64,000 bases of DNA, from contig JAVBPI010000043.1 in the NCBI GenBank assembly GCA_031549705.1, positions 30,770 to 94,769 of the forward strand. Reading direction: 5' to 3'. Source of the DNA: Thermoguttaceae bacterium. GTDB lineage: Bacteria > Planctomycetota > Planctomycetia > Pirellulales > Thermoguttaceae. Of the stretch, positions 25,941-35,941 are shown one piece after another. Numbering within the stretch: position 1 is the first letter of the stretch; each line of letters starts with the position of its first letter. The translations under genes were made by a program, and so were the position numbers. The notes beneath the pieces were generated by a model that did no database searches, was not told where the DNA came from, and saw nothing but the letters and a program-made list of their open reading frames with translations.

Positions 25941-26960
25941 TTATTCATACACCGCAACGATATTCTCCGCGGGAACGTCCGGTTGGAAAAGGTGGGCCGG
26001 CGCCAAAATATATCCGCCGTTTTGTCCGAGAACGTCGCAATACCGTTTCGAGGCGGCACGAACTTCATCCGGTGTTCCGTGCGGCAGTAGTTGCTGCATG
26101 TCGATGCCGCCGTGAAATGAAAGTCGGTCGCCAAACTCCGATTTCAGCGTTTCAGGAACCATCTCGCCAACCGGTTGGATCGGATCGAGTACGTCGACAC
26201 CGAGTTCGATCAGCTCCGGAATCAGCGGCCGAATGCTCCCGCAACTATGGTAGAGGACTTTCGCACCAAGTCCGTGGATGCAATCGCACATCTCCTTAAT
26301 ATATGGGGCGACGAATTCCTTGAACATCCGCTTCGAGATCAGCGGCCCACGCTGGCTGCCGAGGTCGCTGATGAGAAGAAACATATCGATTCGGCCGTTC
26401 GTCGTCTCAGCGGCGCGGGTGTAATCCTCTTTGTAGAAGTCGGTGAATTTCCGGCAGAGATAATGGACCCAATCGGGGTGATCGACCATATCGACGAACA
26501 TGTTCTGCAATCCGCGAACCAGCGCCGGCCGCTCCCAAATGTCCGCGAAACCGTAAAGCAACGCGTGATCTTTCCAACGGGAACATTGTTCCGGGAGGCT
26601 CGAATAATCGAACCCGTCCGGCGTCGGCCAGGGTAACCGCTCCCAATCGTCGAATGTTGCCGCATCGCTTAGGGCTCCGGCGACGTCTTCGCGCATCGGC
26701 CCCCAAGGGGTTTGCCGATAGATGAATTGTTCTCCCCAGAAATTCCGATACACGCCGTTGTCCAATTCCGTGTCCGGCGGCCCGGCAACTTCCAGCGAAC
26801 GGACGTCGATTTTCAGATCGGTGAGAACCCGTTCCTTGTCGCGGTGTCCGACGTGTTCGAACAATCGGTTCCACGTCGGCGGCTCCGCCCAGAAATTTCG
26901 CGGCGTCCGGTCCGGCGTCTGGTGATTCAGCGCCGCCAATACACGGTCTCGGGAATTCAT
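25941..26960 (-). CDS. Uroporphyrinogen-decarboxylase-family (URO-D/MtaA-like) protein, not a canonical HemE
   Basis: It has a URO-D-type TIM-barrel pattern (..LISDLGSQRGPLIS..VLYHSCGSIRPLIPELIELGVDVLDPIQP..) but lacks the HemE N-terminal MRQAGR motif. Confidence 0.65.
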   Translation of the reverse strand: MNSRDRVLAALNHQTPDRTPRNFWAEPPTWNRLFEHVGHRDKERVLTDLKIDVRSLEVAGPPDTELDNGVYRNFWGEQFIYRQTPWGPMREDVAGALSDAATFDDWERLPWPTPDGFDYSSLPEQCSRWKDHALLYGFADIWERPALVRGLQNMFVDMVDHPDWVHYLCRKFTDFYKEDYTRAAETTNGRIDMFLLISDLGSQRGPLISKRMFKEFVAPYIKEMCDCIHGLGAKVLYHSCGSIRPLIPELIELGVDVLDPIQPVGEMVPETLKSEFGDRLSFHGGIDMQQLLPHGTPDEVRAASKRYCDVLGQNGGYILAPAHLFQPDVPAENIVAVYE

Positions 26961-27008
26961 CGGCTCGAATGTGTTGCTGTTGAGCCCGCGAACCGAAGGT
27001 TCCGGCGA

Positions 27009-27740
27009 TTAAGTCGAAATCGGTTTGGAGAGGTCCGCCAACATTGCCTCGACCGCTTCCGAGTCGGTATCGTCTGCGGCGTCGGCGGCGGAAACGTCCG
27101 GAAGCGGCGGAAGATGAACCGGCGTCTCCTCAGTATGATCGTTTCCGAGAACGGCGTCAATATCTGCCAACGACGGAATTTCCGGAACCGGCGGTTGAAC
27201 GGCTTGCGGCTCGTCGTTGTGCCCGAGAACCGAAGCTTCCGGCGCCGGAGCTTCAATCGGTTCGGGAATTTCCGGAACTTCGGAAACCTTGGCAACCGCA
27301 TCGCCTGTCGGCGATGCGACAGGTTCGGCGATCATGGATTTCGGAACAGTGGGCATCGACGAATCCTGCGCAACGAGGCCGAGTTTCTTCGCCGTATCGA
27401 AGAATCGGGTCACGGCGGGAAACGCTTCGGTGAACATCGATGCAACCGCGGCATGAGCGGCGGCGATTTCAGCGTTTCCGCCCGCTTCGGATTTTGCGGT
27501 AACGAGACCTTGGGCGACGCCGTCGAAGAGTTGTCCGAGTCCGGCGATTTCTTTTTCGACGTCGGAGATTTCCGTTTCGAAAGCGCCCAGAATCGTCGTC
27601 AGGCTTGCGAGATGTTGACGAACGGCGTCGGCGTGTTGGTTCAACTTGGCCGTTCGCTCGGCAAGCGGGGCGAGTTTCCCCTTCGCGGTGGTGATTTGTT
27701 GTTCGAGATTGTTGAGATGCTTCTCAAGATGGTCGGTCAT
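27009..27740 (-). CDS. Hypothetical acidic protein (coiled-coil N-terminus, Pro/Glu-rich C-terminus)
   Basis: The ORF has heptad-like N-terminal sequence and good codon usage. I recognise no family. Confidence 0.6.
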   Translation of the reverse strand: MTDHLEKHLNNLEQQITTAKGKLAPLAERTAKLNQHADAVRQHLASLTTILGAFETEISDVEKEIAGLGQLFDGVAQGLVTAKSEAGGNAEIAAAHAAVASMFTEAFPAVTRFFDTAKKLGLVAQDSSMPTVPKSMIAEPVASPTGDAVAKVSEVPEIPEPIEAPAPEASVLGHNDEPQAVQPPVPEIPSLADIDAVLGNDHTEETPVHLPPLPDVSAADAADDTDSEAVEAMLADLSKPIST

Positions 27741-27957
27741 CGTCAGCTCCGTTCAGCGTAAAAGGAAGGTATCTTGCTTCGGTCGCCTTCACGCTTACGT
27801 TTTTGCCGCGCAGCGCATCAACCGAGGGAATTCTCTCCATTATTCTACGCAATTTACCCGACCGGGAGAGTTTTTTCCTTCGGACTATTCCATTTTTCGC
27901 CAAAACTCCCTCCTGATAAAACGGTTGTACCGTTTTTAGCGCATACCGATCCGTGCT

Positions 27958-30207
27958 CTACCACCGTTGCATGAACCCAAGCGAGGCGTAATGTCCTGAA
28001 CTGCGTTCGGAGCCGTTGTAATCGTAATCGGCGATAAAGCTTCGGCACGGATCGAATTGCCAACGCATCCCGACACCCAGGTTGAGATAATGCTTACCGG
28101 CATCGACGCCGCACACGGACATCAACACGCTTGGGTCGGCGATGAACCGACTGCGGGAAACCGGATACGGGTTGCCTCCCATTTGGTAACTGTAATTGAC
28201 GCGGCCCCGGAAACTCAGCGGCGAATCGTCGGTCACGGAGCCCCATTGTCCGGTCATTCCGACACGGAAAAACGTCCGGTCGAAGAATCCGCGGTCGTAT
28301 TGCTGTTCGAATCCGGTGTCGCCGGTTTCCGTGAACGGAAATTGCCAACTCAGATCGGAGTCGAGCGCGATGAGCGGTCGCAACTGGAGCATCGCGAAGT
28401 CGAACGGGGCGGCGAATTCGAGCGACATCGACATCGAGTTCCCGGTGTAATCGCCGTTGATTCGTTCGCCGTTCGGCTGCGTCGACAGGGCGGGACTTCG
28501 GAGAAACCGCCGTGTGTCGTATTCCTGAGCGCCGACGCCGATGAACATTTTCGTCTCGATCATATTCAGGAGATATGTTCCGCCGTAGAATCCGAACTGC
28601 AAATCGGTCGCTTCGTATTTGTCACCGTTACTGTACAGGAACGGTTTCGAGTACCCGATAAGCATCCCGTACCAGCAGTCTTCGACACGTTCTTCCGAGC
28701 CGAGTACGGCGCCGGTCCGTGATATTCCGTAACCGCGGCTGTTGCCGTCGAAATCGAAGTCGGTCGTTTCATGGATGCATTCCAACCACAACGATCCGCA
28801 ATGCTTCATGCCGTCGGGGGTCATGTCGAGATGGTTCATGCCGTACCGCGAGGTTCGCCATTGTCCGAGCATCATCGAGTTCGCCTTGACTTCGCCGCTG
28901 AGTTCGTGGTACGCCTCGTCGATATCGGCTTGGTCCATGTTGCTCATGTTCGTCATCGCCCACCAAAGCACGGGGGACTCCGTTTGGTCGAACACCGTTG
29001 CGACTTGTCCCTGGTTGTCGGTTTGGGCGCGACGGGTGAAATAGTCCGGAATCCGTGTGAGCCGCACCGAGTTCGGGTTTTCCGTGACGTTTTCAAACGT
29101 GAAAAATTTTTGCGCAACGGAAATATTGCCCGTGTTGAAATTCGCGATGTTCGTTCCGGAGAAATCGACCAAAAACGAGTCGTAGGTTTGCGGATCGGCG
29201 TATTCACCGGCGATGGCGTAGATTTCGAGGTTCGCGTTGTCGTCCACGTTGGTGAACGCTCCGCCGACGACGACGTTGTCGGAATTTCCGGCGTCGTCGA
29301 CCCGAATACTCAGCGTACTTCCGGCGTCGAGTGTCAAGTCGTTGTTCACCGTCAACGTGCTGGTCGACGTCACATCTTCGCTTGTTCGCGTCCCCGGAGC
29401 GAGAAAGCCGCCCGAAGCGACGTTGACGTCATAAAAAGTTCCGGAACCGCCGAGAACCGCGCCGTCCGCAACGCTTGCCGTTCCACCGTCGACGCCGAAA
29501 TATCCGTTGACGAACAGCATTCCGTCGACGACGTTCAAATCGACCGCCGAGCTCGCCGAACCGCCGAGCACCATGAATCCCGCGCCGACTTTCGTCAGCG
29601 TTCCCGTTCCGGTGAATGCGCCGCCGTAAATCGTGTCGGAATGATCCCCCCCCGTCGTCAAGCTGCCGGCGCCGGTCGAACCGAAAGCGACGGTTCCCCC
29701 GCCGGTGAGCGATGCGATTTCCTGGACCGTATCGTTCAGGTCCAGTGTTCCGCTGCTGATCGAAAACGCGGAGTTCGGCGAAAAGACTCGATTCTTTCCC
29801 GCTTGAAACGTTCCGCCGGTGATGATCGTTTCGCCGGTTTGCGACGACGCCGAATTCAAGAGAAAGATTCCGTTACCGGATTTCGTCAACGCACCGCTTC
29901 CGCTGATTCCTCCGTCGACCGCAAACGTCGTCGTCGAACTGGCGGTCGTTGACGTCGTGACCGCGATTGTCCCCGCCGCTTCCATGACGATTTGGCCGGT
30001 CCAGACGGTGCTTGTGCCGGCGGTTGCCGTTGCACCGGCCGTGGTGAACGTCATTTTTTGGTTCGTCGCCCCGGAACCGATCGTGTAGGAACTTCCTTGG
30101 TCGACCGAACCGATCCGAATATTTTGCGCCGGGATCGTTTGGATCAACACAAAAAGGAACGCCAGGGCGACCAAAAAACGGCTGACTTGAAAATCTTGTC
30201 TGGACAT
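27958..30207 (-). CDS. Autotransporter (type Va) outer-membrane protein
   Basis: It has a signal peptide and a passenger with autotransporter-associated beta-strand repeats (GALTKSGNGIFLLNSASSQTGETIITGGTFQAG, GTLTKVGAGFMVLGG). The C-terminal ~280 aa has alternating beta-barrel strands and ends ..ASLGFMQRW. Confidence 0.8.
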   Translation of the reverse strand: MSRQDFQVSRFLVALAFLFVLIQTIPAQNIRIGSVDQGSSYTIGSGATNQKMTFTTAGATATAGTSTVWTGQIVMEAAGTIAVTTSTTASSTTTFAVDGGISGSGALTKSGNGIFLLNSASSQTGETIITGGTFQAGKNRVFSPNSAFSISSGTLDLNDTVQEIASLTGGGTVAFGSTGAGSLTTGGDHSDTIYGGAFTGTGTLTKVGAGFMVLGGSASSAVDLNVVDGMLFVNGYFGVDGGTASVADGAVLGGSGTFYDVNVASGGFLAPGTRTSEDVTSTSTLTVNNDLTLDAGSTLSIRVDDAGNSDNVVVGGAFTNVDDNANLEIYAIAGEYADPQTYDSFLVDFSGTNIANFNTGNISVAQKFFTFENVTENPNSVRLTRIPDYFTRRAQTDNQGQVATVFDQTESPVLWWAMTNMSNMDQADIDEAYHELSGEVKANSMMLGQWRTSRYGMNHLDMTPDGMKHCGSLWLECIHETTDFDFDGNSRGYGISRTGAVLGSEERVEDCWYGMLIGYSKPFLYSNGDKYEATDLQFGFYGGTYLLNMIETKMFIGVGAQEYDTRRFLRSPALSTQPNGERINGDYTGNSMSMSLEFAAPFDFAMLQLRPLIALDSDLSWQFPFTETGDTGFEQQYDRGFFDRTFFRVGMTGQWGSVTDDSPLSFRGRVNYSYQMGGNPYPVSRSRFIADPSVLMSVCGVDAGKHYLNLGVGMRWQFDPCRSFIADYDYNGSERSSGHYASLGFMQRW

Positions 30208-30479
30208 CGCATTCTACCTAAATCTTCGTTTAGCGACTATCGTTAAGCGCATTACAAGCATTTCTATCGTTACTATCGGCACAAAGTCCCGCGTCAAAAT
30301 GGGAATAATCGGATTATTTTATCCGAATCGACGGAAATTTCGTTCCCCATGGCAGCCGGATGCAATGGGAACTCCCGAAGCGTCCGGTTGGATGAACTCG
30401 TTCGACAACCATGGCAAACCGAAACAGAATCAGGTAAAATTTTCGTTTTCCGCCCATCATTTTTTTTCGGAAACACCTC

Positions 30480-31271
30480 ATGTCCGCCCCCCTCAGAATA
30501 CGGCTGAAAGAACTCAACGAAGATCTGGCGAAGATGCTCTCCGAGTGTTACGCCGGAAGAACCCCGTTGATCTTCCCTGAAAAGCGCAACCGCGAAAGGA
30601 GAGTCTCCGAACAGGAATCGAGAGTACTGTTCTGCCAACTGTTGAACGGCAAGGGACTCCGGTATTCGGTGGAAGCTCCGACGACCAACAAATACTGTTT
30701 TCAAACCGGAAAAGAAGAAAAACCTCGGAGCGGTAACACGGACATGTGCATTTACGATGAATGTGATAAGAAAATCGTCAACATCGAACTGAAGTCCGGC
30801 CAACCGGGGAGCAAAGGAATCAGCATCTCCAAAGATTTGGAAAAATTGATCTGCGAAAACGTGGAATGTGATAGCAGCGGTGAACCGGTTCAAATACGGG
30901 ATCCCCTCGTTCTCGGTAATTGGTTTCATACGCATGTGATACGTAAACCGGAATCTGGAGTACGAAAATCAGAGACACGCAAAGAGAAATCATTGCCGAC
31001 TCTCTTGGAAAAATTTCACAAGAACATGATTGACGTGGTGAACGAAAACAAAAGAATCAACGCCATGCCGGACCTTCTTTCAAAACTACCGATCCACATT
31101 CTGTTCAGCTTTATCGTGTTGGACGAACAAACGCCGAATGAATATGATTTCGTTTCGGAATGGTTCGATTTCGATGGCAACGGCAGCGAAAAATTGGACC
31201 AATACTCGGAGCGTTTTTTTGTCAAAAACGACGGCATCCTGAAATCTTCGCATAAAAGACATCATGTCTGA
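30480..31271 (+). CDS. Hypothetical protein with possible PD-(D/E)xK nuclease core
   Basis: It is A+T-richer than its neighbours. The arrangement E45/E47 ... D88 (TDMCIY) -x14- E103-L-K105 (VNIELK) fits a restriction-endonuclease-like motif. The opposite-strand ORF 30294-30935 has junk-like composition and is rejected. Confidence 0.55.
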   Translation: MSAPLRIRLKELNEDLAKMLSECYAGRTPLIFPEKRNRERRVSEQESRVLFCQLLNGKGLRYSVEAPTTNKYCFQTGKEEKPRSGNTDMCIYDECDKKIVNIELKSGQPGSKGISISKDLEKLICENVECDSSGEPVQIRDPLVLGNWFHTHVIRKPESGVRKSETRKEKSLPTLLEKFHKNMIDVVNENKRINAMPDLLSKLPIHILFSFIVLDEQTPNEYDFVSEWFDFDGNGSEKLDQYSERFFVKNDGILKSSHKRHHV

Positions 31272-32565
31272 CACGCCCTACCTGATCGTCCACCGTTCGG
31301 CTGACGAGCTCGGCGGAAACTGCATCGAAATCGGCGACGGCAACGGCCGTCGGCTCATTCTCGACGTCGGCATTCCCGTCGAGACGCCGGATTCCGAACG
31401 GAAAAAGATCGGCTTGCCCACGACGCTCGACACGACGAAGCCGGTCGACGGGCTCCTGATTTCCCACGCCCACCAGGACCACTACGAGTTATTGGACGAA
31501 ATTCCGGAACGTTGGCCGATTCATTGCGGAAAAGCGACCGGCGAGTTGATCCGTTTTACTCGCGACTATCAAGCTCGCGGTCATTCCAGGAGCAAACACA
31601 AACCGATCGCGGTCGAACGCTTCGCCGCGCCCTGGAAGGATCGAACCCCTTTTGCCGTCGGTTCATTGATCGTAACGCCGTTTTCGACCGACCACAGCGC
31701 TTTCGGCGCATCCATGCTCTTGATCGAAGTCGGCGGCAAGCGAATCCTCTACTCCGGGGATTTTCGCCGCCACGGTCGCCAGTCCCACCGGGTCGACGAG
31801 ATGTTGGAACATCTTGAGGACACGACGATCGACGTGCTGATCCTCGAAGGAACCAATATCGAACGGGAATCGACCGCGGTTTCGGAACAGGCCCTGGAAG
31901 ATCGGTTCGTCGAAATGCTCGGCGATGCACGGGGGCGGGTCTTCGTTTTTTATTCGTCGCAAAATATCGAACGGTTCCTCACGATCTTCAACGCCTGCCG
32001 TCGCAGCGGTTGGCAGTTCGTCATCGATCTTTACACGGCGGAAATCCTCGACATGCTCGCCTCGCCGGAAAACGGCCTGCCGGTTCCATGCCCCAAGTAC
32101 GGCAGGCACCTTCGGGTCATGTGGACCAAGGCCCAAGTCAGGAAAAACATCATCTCGGGCCGGGAAGATTTCAATGCCCGAATGCTGAATCCGTCAGTGG
32201 GGACCAAGCCCGCATTCATGAACGCTCCCCGGTGTCCTTCGGTCATTCTCACCCGCGAATCGCTCATCGATGAATTCGCCTCCGCCGATATCGTCCCGAC
32301 ACCGCGGGACATTTGGTGTTGGTCGATGTGGAAAGACTACATCGACAGATCCCCCCAAGCGAAGAAATGGTTCACCGACCACCATTGCCGTTACGAATAC
32401 ATGCACACCGGCGGCCACGCACCGGCATCCGACTTGCAGGCGTTCGCCGAAAGGATCAAGGCGTCGATCGTGATTCCCGTGCACGGCGACAACCTTGACG
32501 CCATGCGGGAAAAACTCCCCAATGTTCGGCGACTCGTCAACGGAGCTCGGCTCGAACTGACGTGA
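31264..32565 (+). CDS. MBL-fold metallo-hydrolase, beta-CASP/RNase J-like nuclease branch
   Basis: Motifs present are GGNCIEIG, HAHQDH, STDHSAFG, YSGDF and the C-terminal HTGGHA..VIPVHG. It has an 8-nt overlap (ATGTCTGA) with the upstream gene. Confidence 0.8.
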   Translation: MSDTPYLIVHRSADELGGNCIEIGDGNGRRLILDVGIPVETPDSERKKIGLPTTLDTTKPVDGLLISHAHQDHYELLDEIPERWPIHCGKATGELIRFTRDYQARGHSRSKHKPIAVERFAAPWKDRTPFAVGSLIVTPFSTDHSAFGASMLLIEVGGKRILYSGDFRRHGRQSHRVDEMLEHLEDTTIDVLILEGTNIERESTAVSEQALEDRFVEMLGDARGRVFVFYSSQNIERFLTIFNACRRSGWQFVIDLYTAEILDMLASPENGLPVPCPKYGRHLRVMWTKAQVRKNIISGREDFNARMLNPSVGTKPAFMNAPRCPSVILTRESLIDEFASADIVPTPRDIWCWSMWKDYIDRSPQAKKWFTDHHCRYEYMHTGGHAPASDLQAFAERIKASIVIPVHGDNLDAMREKLPNVRRLVNGARLELT

Positions 32566-32585
32566 ACGGGCATTAACGCACAAAA

Positions 32586-33305
32586 TCAGCGCTCGGCAAT
32601 ACGTTGCAAGCTGGGGAGCGAGATCGTGAACTGGGTTCCGCAGTTCGGTTCGCTTTGAACGGTGATTCGTCCGGCGTGCGCGTCGATGATTTTGCGGGTC
32701 GTCGGCAATCCGAGTCCGCTGCCGCCCCGTTTATTGGAATAGAAAGCGTCGAAAAGATGTTCCATCGTGTTCGCGTCCATGCCGCAACCGGTATCGACCA
32801 AATCGATGGAAACGTCGTTGCCCCCGTGTCGCGTCCGGACCATGAGTTGGCCGCCGTTGGGCATTGCCTGTTGCGCGTTCAACACAAGATTGAGCAGCGC
32901 CCGATGGAACGAGCGCCGATCCAACGGAACCGTCGGCAGATCGCTGGCGAGGTATTCGACGATTTCGATGTTCGATTCCTTCGCTTTCGGACGGAAAAAT
33001 TCGAGCACGTCGCGGATTTCGTGGTTCACGTCCGCCGGTTGGAGTACCAAACGGTGCGCCCGCGTGAAATCGAGAAAATCGTTCAACAATTCTTCGAGAC
33101 GGCGGCATTCTTTTTCGACCGTCCCGACTTTTCGTAACGCTCGGCGACCGGTCGGCGTGTCGATCTCTTCGAGGTCTTCCGCGAGGAGCTCCATGTTCAA
33201 GCGGATCGTCGACAGCGGATTCTTGATTTCGTGCGCAAGACCACCGGCAAGCCTCGCGATTTCCGTGTACTGTGCGGCGATGTCGTTCATTAACCGATAC
33301 TCCAT
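32586..33305 (-). CDS. Soluble histidine kinase core (HisKA + HATPase_c, no sensor domain)
   Basis: It has the H box LAHEIKNPLSTI, N box LLNLVLNAQQAM, and G boxes DTGCGM and GGSGLGL. Its start overlaps the 3' end of cysS by 16 nt. Confidence 0.85.
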   Translation of the reverse strand: MEYRLMNDIAAQYTEIARLAGGLAHEIKNPLSTIRLNMELLAEDLEEIDTPTGRRALRKVGTVEKECRRLEELLNDFLDFTRAHRLVLQPADVNHEIRDVLEFFRPKAKESNIEIVEYLASDLPTVPLDRRSFHRALLNLVLNAQQAMPNGGQLMVRTRHGGNDVSIDLVDTGCGMDANTMEHLFDAFYSNKRGGSGLGLPTTRKIIDAHAGRITVQSEPNCGTQFTISLPSLQRIAER

Positions 33306-34828
33306 TCGGTACCACCGGGCCGGTCTTCCAAGACGACGCCGGAATCCTTGAGCCGGTTGCGGATCGTGTCGGCGGTCGCGAAATCTTTCGCTTTCTTGGC
33401 GTTGGCACGGAGTTCGATCAGCAGCGACATCAACTTGCCGACCAACTCATTCGAGCCTGCGGATTCCTTTTCCTGCGGCGGCTCGCGGAACAAGCCGAGC
33501 GTTAGGCCGATTTCGCGCAACACCATTGCACCGTGAACGAGTGGGCCGACTTCCCCCTTCAACGTTTCCAGTTTATTGTCGTCGACGAATTTATTCAAGA
33601 CGCGAAGCAGATCGAACAGAATCCCGATCGCGCCGCCGGTGTTGAAGTCGTCGTCCATCGCTTCAAGATATTTCGCACGGTATTCGGCGACCTGCTTGCA
33701 CAAAGCGGTTTTCAACGTTGCAGCGTCGCCGTCTTTTCGGCTGATCGGAGCGGTCAGCGAATAAAAATTCGTTCCGGTAATTTTTTCGAACCGCTTGAAG
33801 AACCGATAAAACGTTTCGAGTCCCTTGCCGACTTCTTCAATCCGCTCGGAGCTGAAATCGATCGGTCGACGATAATGGGACGATAAAAGGAAAAACCGAA
33901 TCAACTCAGGATCGAACTGTTTCAGCATGTCCCGGAAAGCGCTCGCCCCTTTCGACTTGCTGATCTTACCGCCTTCCTGCGATGCAAGATCGCCTTCTTC
34001 AGCGGATTTTGTGTTGCGCCCGCCGACTTTGCCGACTTCGTTGGACGCCTGCATGAGACCGTTGTGCATCCAGAGGTTGCACATCGGCTTGCCGTGTCGG
34101 GCTTCGCTCTGGGCGACTTCGTTTTCGTGATGCGGAAAAACCAAGTCGAGTCCGCCGCCGTGAATGTCGAACGTTTCGCCGAGGAGTTCGCAACTCATCA
34201 CGGAACATTCGATATGCCAACCGGGCCGCCCCTTTCCCCACGGCGAATCCCAACTCGGCTCGCCGGGCTTCGCGGATTTCCATAACGCAAAGTCGAACGG
34301 CGTCCGCTTGCGGTCCGCGGTTCCGCCCCCTTCGCCGAGCATTTGTTCCAACGAACGGTGCGACAATTTGCCGTATTCGGAAAACTTGCCGACGTCGAAA
34401 TAGACATCGCCGTCGGAAGCGTACGCAAAATCCTTGTCGATCAAGCCCTGCGTGAACTTGATAATGTTACCGATATGGTCGGTCGCCTTCGGAAAGGCGT
34501 CGACGGAATCCTTGACCCCCATGGCGTCGAGGTTCCGCATGTAATCGGCGGTCATCTCGTCGGCGACGGCGGCCATGGGAATCTTCCGGGCGTTCGCTTC
34601 GGCGATCAGTTTGTCGTCGACGTCGGTGATATTGATCACGAAATTGACGTCGTAGCCGTTGTATTTCAGATACCGTTTAATGGTATCGAAAATTACCGGC
34701 CCGACCATGTGTCCGATGTGCGACGGCTTGTAGACGGTCGGTCCGCAAAGGTACATGCCGACCTTGCCGGGCTGAACGGTCTTGAATTCTTCCTTCGTCT
34801 TCGTCAGGGTGTTGTATACGCGAATCAT
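33290..34828 (-). CDS. cysS: Cysteine--tRNA ligase
   Basis: Motifs present are CGPTVYKPSHIGH (HIGH) and KISKSKG (KMSKS). Length is typical. Confidence 0.95.
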   Translation of the reverse strand: MIRVYNTLTKTKEEFKTVQPGKVGMYLCGPTVYKPSHIGHMVGPVIFDTIKRYLKYNGYDVNFVINITDVDDKLIAEANARKIPMAAVADEMTADYMRNLDAMGVKDSVDAFPKATDHIGNIIKFTQGLIDKDFAYASDGDVYFDVGKFSEYGKLSHRSLEQMLGEGGGTADRKRTPFDFALWKSAKPGEPSWDSPWGKGRPGWHIECSVMSCELLGETFDIHGGGLDLVFPHHENEVAQSEARHGKPMCNLWMHNGLMQASNEVGKVGGRNTKSAEEGDLASQEGGKISKSKGASAFRDMLKQFDPELIRFFLLSSHYRRPIDFSSERIEEVGKGLETFYRFFKRFEKITGTNFYSLTAPISRKDGDAATLKTALCKQVAEYRAKYLEAMDDDFNTGGAIGILFDLLRVLNKFVDDNKLETLKGEVGPLVHGAMVLREIGLTLGLFREPPQEKESAGSNELVGKLMSLLIELRANAKKAKDFATADTIRNRLKDSGVVLEDRPGGTEWSIG

Positions 34829-34879
34829 TTTAATGCTACAAAAATAGAGAACGACGAGCCGGAACCTGCGGTCCCGACT

Positions 34880-35290
34880 TCAAACTTCATTTTCTTCGTG
34901 AGTCGCTTCCGGTTCGGACAAAACAAAGCTGCCGGGGATGCGACGTTGTTTCAACCTTCGATATTCTTCTTCGTCGATCCATTCGGATTCATATGCAATT
35001 TTCCCCATCGCCGGGTATAAAAGATAGTTCAGCGACAAATAGAATAAAACGTTCACGAGTACCATGATTGCTCCTCCGACACCATGATACTCTTTCGGCC
35101 ACTCCGTGACGCGAACCAGATAAAACATTACGAGACAGGACAGGACGATGGTGGGGAGAGTCAGCACGATCAATCCCGCAACCATCACGTTGTTGAAGCT
35201 TGCACCATGTTTCGACAACGGCTTGTTTCGGGGCAACACCACATGCCATTCCCAATAACCATAGCTTTCCTTTCGTGGAATCTGTCTCAT
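34880..35290 (-). CDS. Small hypothetical membrane protein
   Basis: It has two to three hydrophobic helices (VMVAGLIVLTLPTIVLSCLVMFYL; GGAIMVLVNVLFYLSLNYLLY) and is A+T-richer than the flanks. Confidence 0.5.
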   Translation of the reverse strand: MRQIPRKESYGYWEWHVVLPRNKPLSKHGASFNNVMVAGLIVLTLPTIVLSCLVMFYLVRVTEWPKEYHGVGGAIMVLVNVLFYLSLNYLLYPAMGKIAYESEWIDEEEYRRLKQRRIPGSFVLSEPEATHEENEV

Positions 35291-35371
35291 GACAATCGGC
35301 GTTGAATCTGTCTATTTTGGTTTAGCGACATAAAACGTCACGATTTCCAGTCCGTGGATCCCTTCAAAGTC

Positions 35372-35722
35372 TTAGGCGTTGTGCGTGACCAAGGGACAAT
35401 CCAACGCCAATGCCGTTGCGGCAATCCAAGCGTCGCAGACGGAAATCGGCTGATTCCTGCGCTGCGCCCGAATTGTCGCCGAGTATTCGACGATCGTTCT
35501 CGTCGAATGAAATATCTCAAAGGTGTCGATGTAGAATCGAAGTTGCGAAATCCTACGTTCTCCCCAATTTTTCAATCGGGCTCCGTAAAGCGATTCTTCC
35601 AGCGACATGAACGAAATCGCCAACCGTTTTCCATAAAGATAACGCACGTAATCTTCCAAAATGGAATGACGATTGAAAATGTACGACAAAATATTCGTGT
35701 CGATGAGAACGAGTTCGTTCAT
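35372..35722 (-). CDS. vapC: PIN-domain toxin (VapC-like)
   Basis: Motifs present are LIDTNIL (first acidic residue) and CDAWIAATALALDCPLVTHN. It is 116 aa and has a 4-nt overlap with the upstream small ORF. Confidence 0.8.
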   Translation of the reverse strand: MNELVLIDTNILSYIFNRHSILEDYVRYLYGKRLAISFMSLEESLYGARLKNWGERRISQLRFYIDTFEIFHSTRTIVEYSATIRAQRRNQPISVCDAWIAATALALDCPLVTHNA

Positions 35723-35907
35723 GATTTCGGTACTTGGGATAATCGACTATCTTCCAGTGTTTTCATGTAATCTTCAAATTCTTCATCGCTTTCAAACAAC
35801 GGATCGAACTTGCCGTCGAGCAGATCCCGTTGTTTTTGGGGATCATAATCGTTTTCTTTATTTGCCCATTCTTCCGAGTTCTTTCTTTTTTCGGAAATCG
35901 TTGACAT
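35719..35907 (-). CDS. Putative antitoxin (62 aa, acidic)
   Basis: The ATG at 35907 is preceded by AGGAG at 5 nt spacing. Its stop overlaps the vapC start (ATGA). The call is by position only. Confidence 0.5.
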   Translation of the reverse strand: MSTISEKRKNSEEWANKENDYDPQKQRDLLDGKFDPLFESDEEFEDYMKTLEDSRLSQVPKS

Positions 35908-35941
35908 GATTTCTCCTTTCGCCGGCGTCTGCGCCGCTCGG

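Noticed and set aside
25941-26960. I considered calling this hemE (uroporphyrinogen decarboxylase) because it lies near hemC.
   Set aside because: It lacks the HemE N-terminal PVW.MRQAGR signature. It looks like the broader URO-D/MtaA-like family, so no haem-pathway role is claimed.
30294-30935. A 213-aa minus-strand ORF overlaps the putative nuclease gene.
   Set aside because: Its composition is junk-like (Phe/Arg/Val runs, no motif). The plus-strand ORF has a proper ATG, is translationally coupled to the MBL gene and has a plausible catalytic motif.
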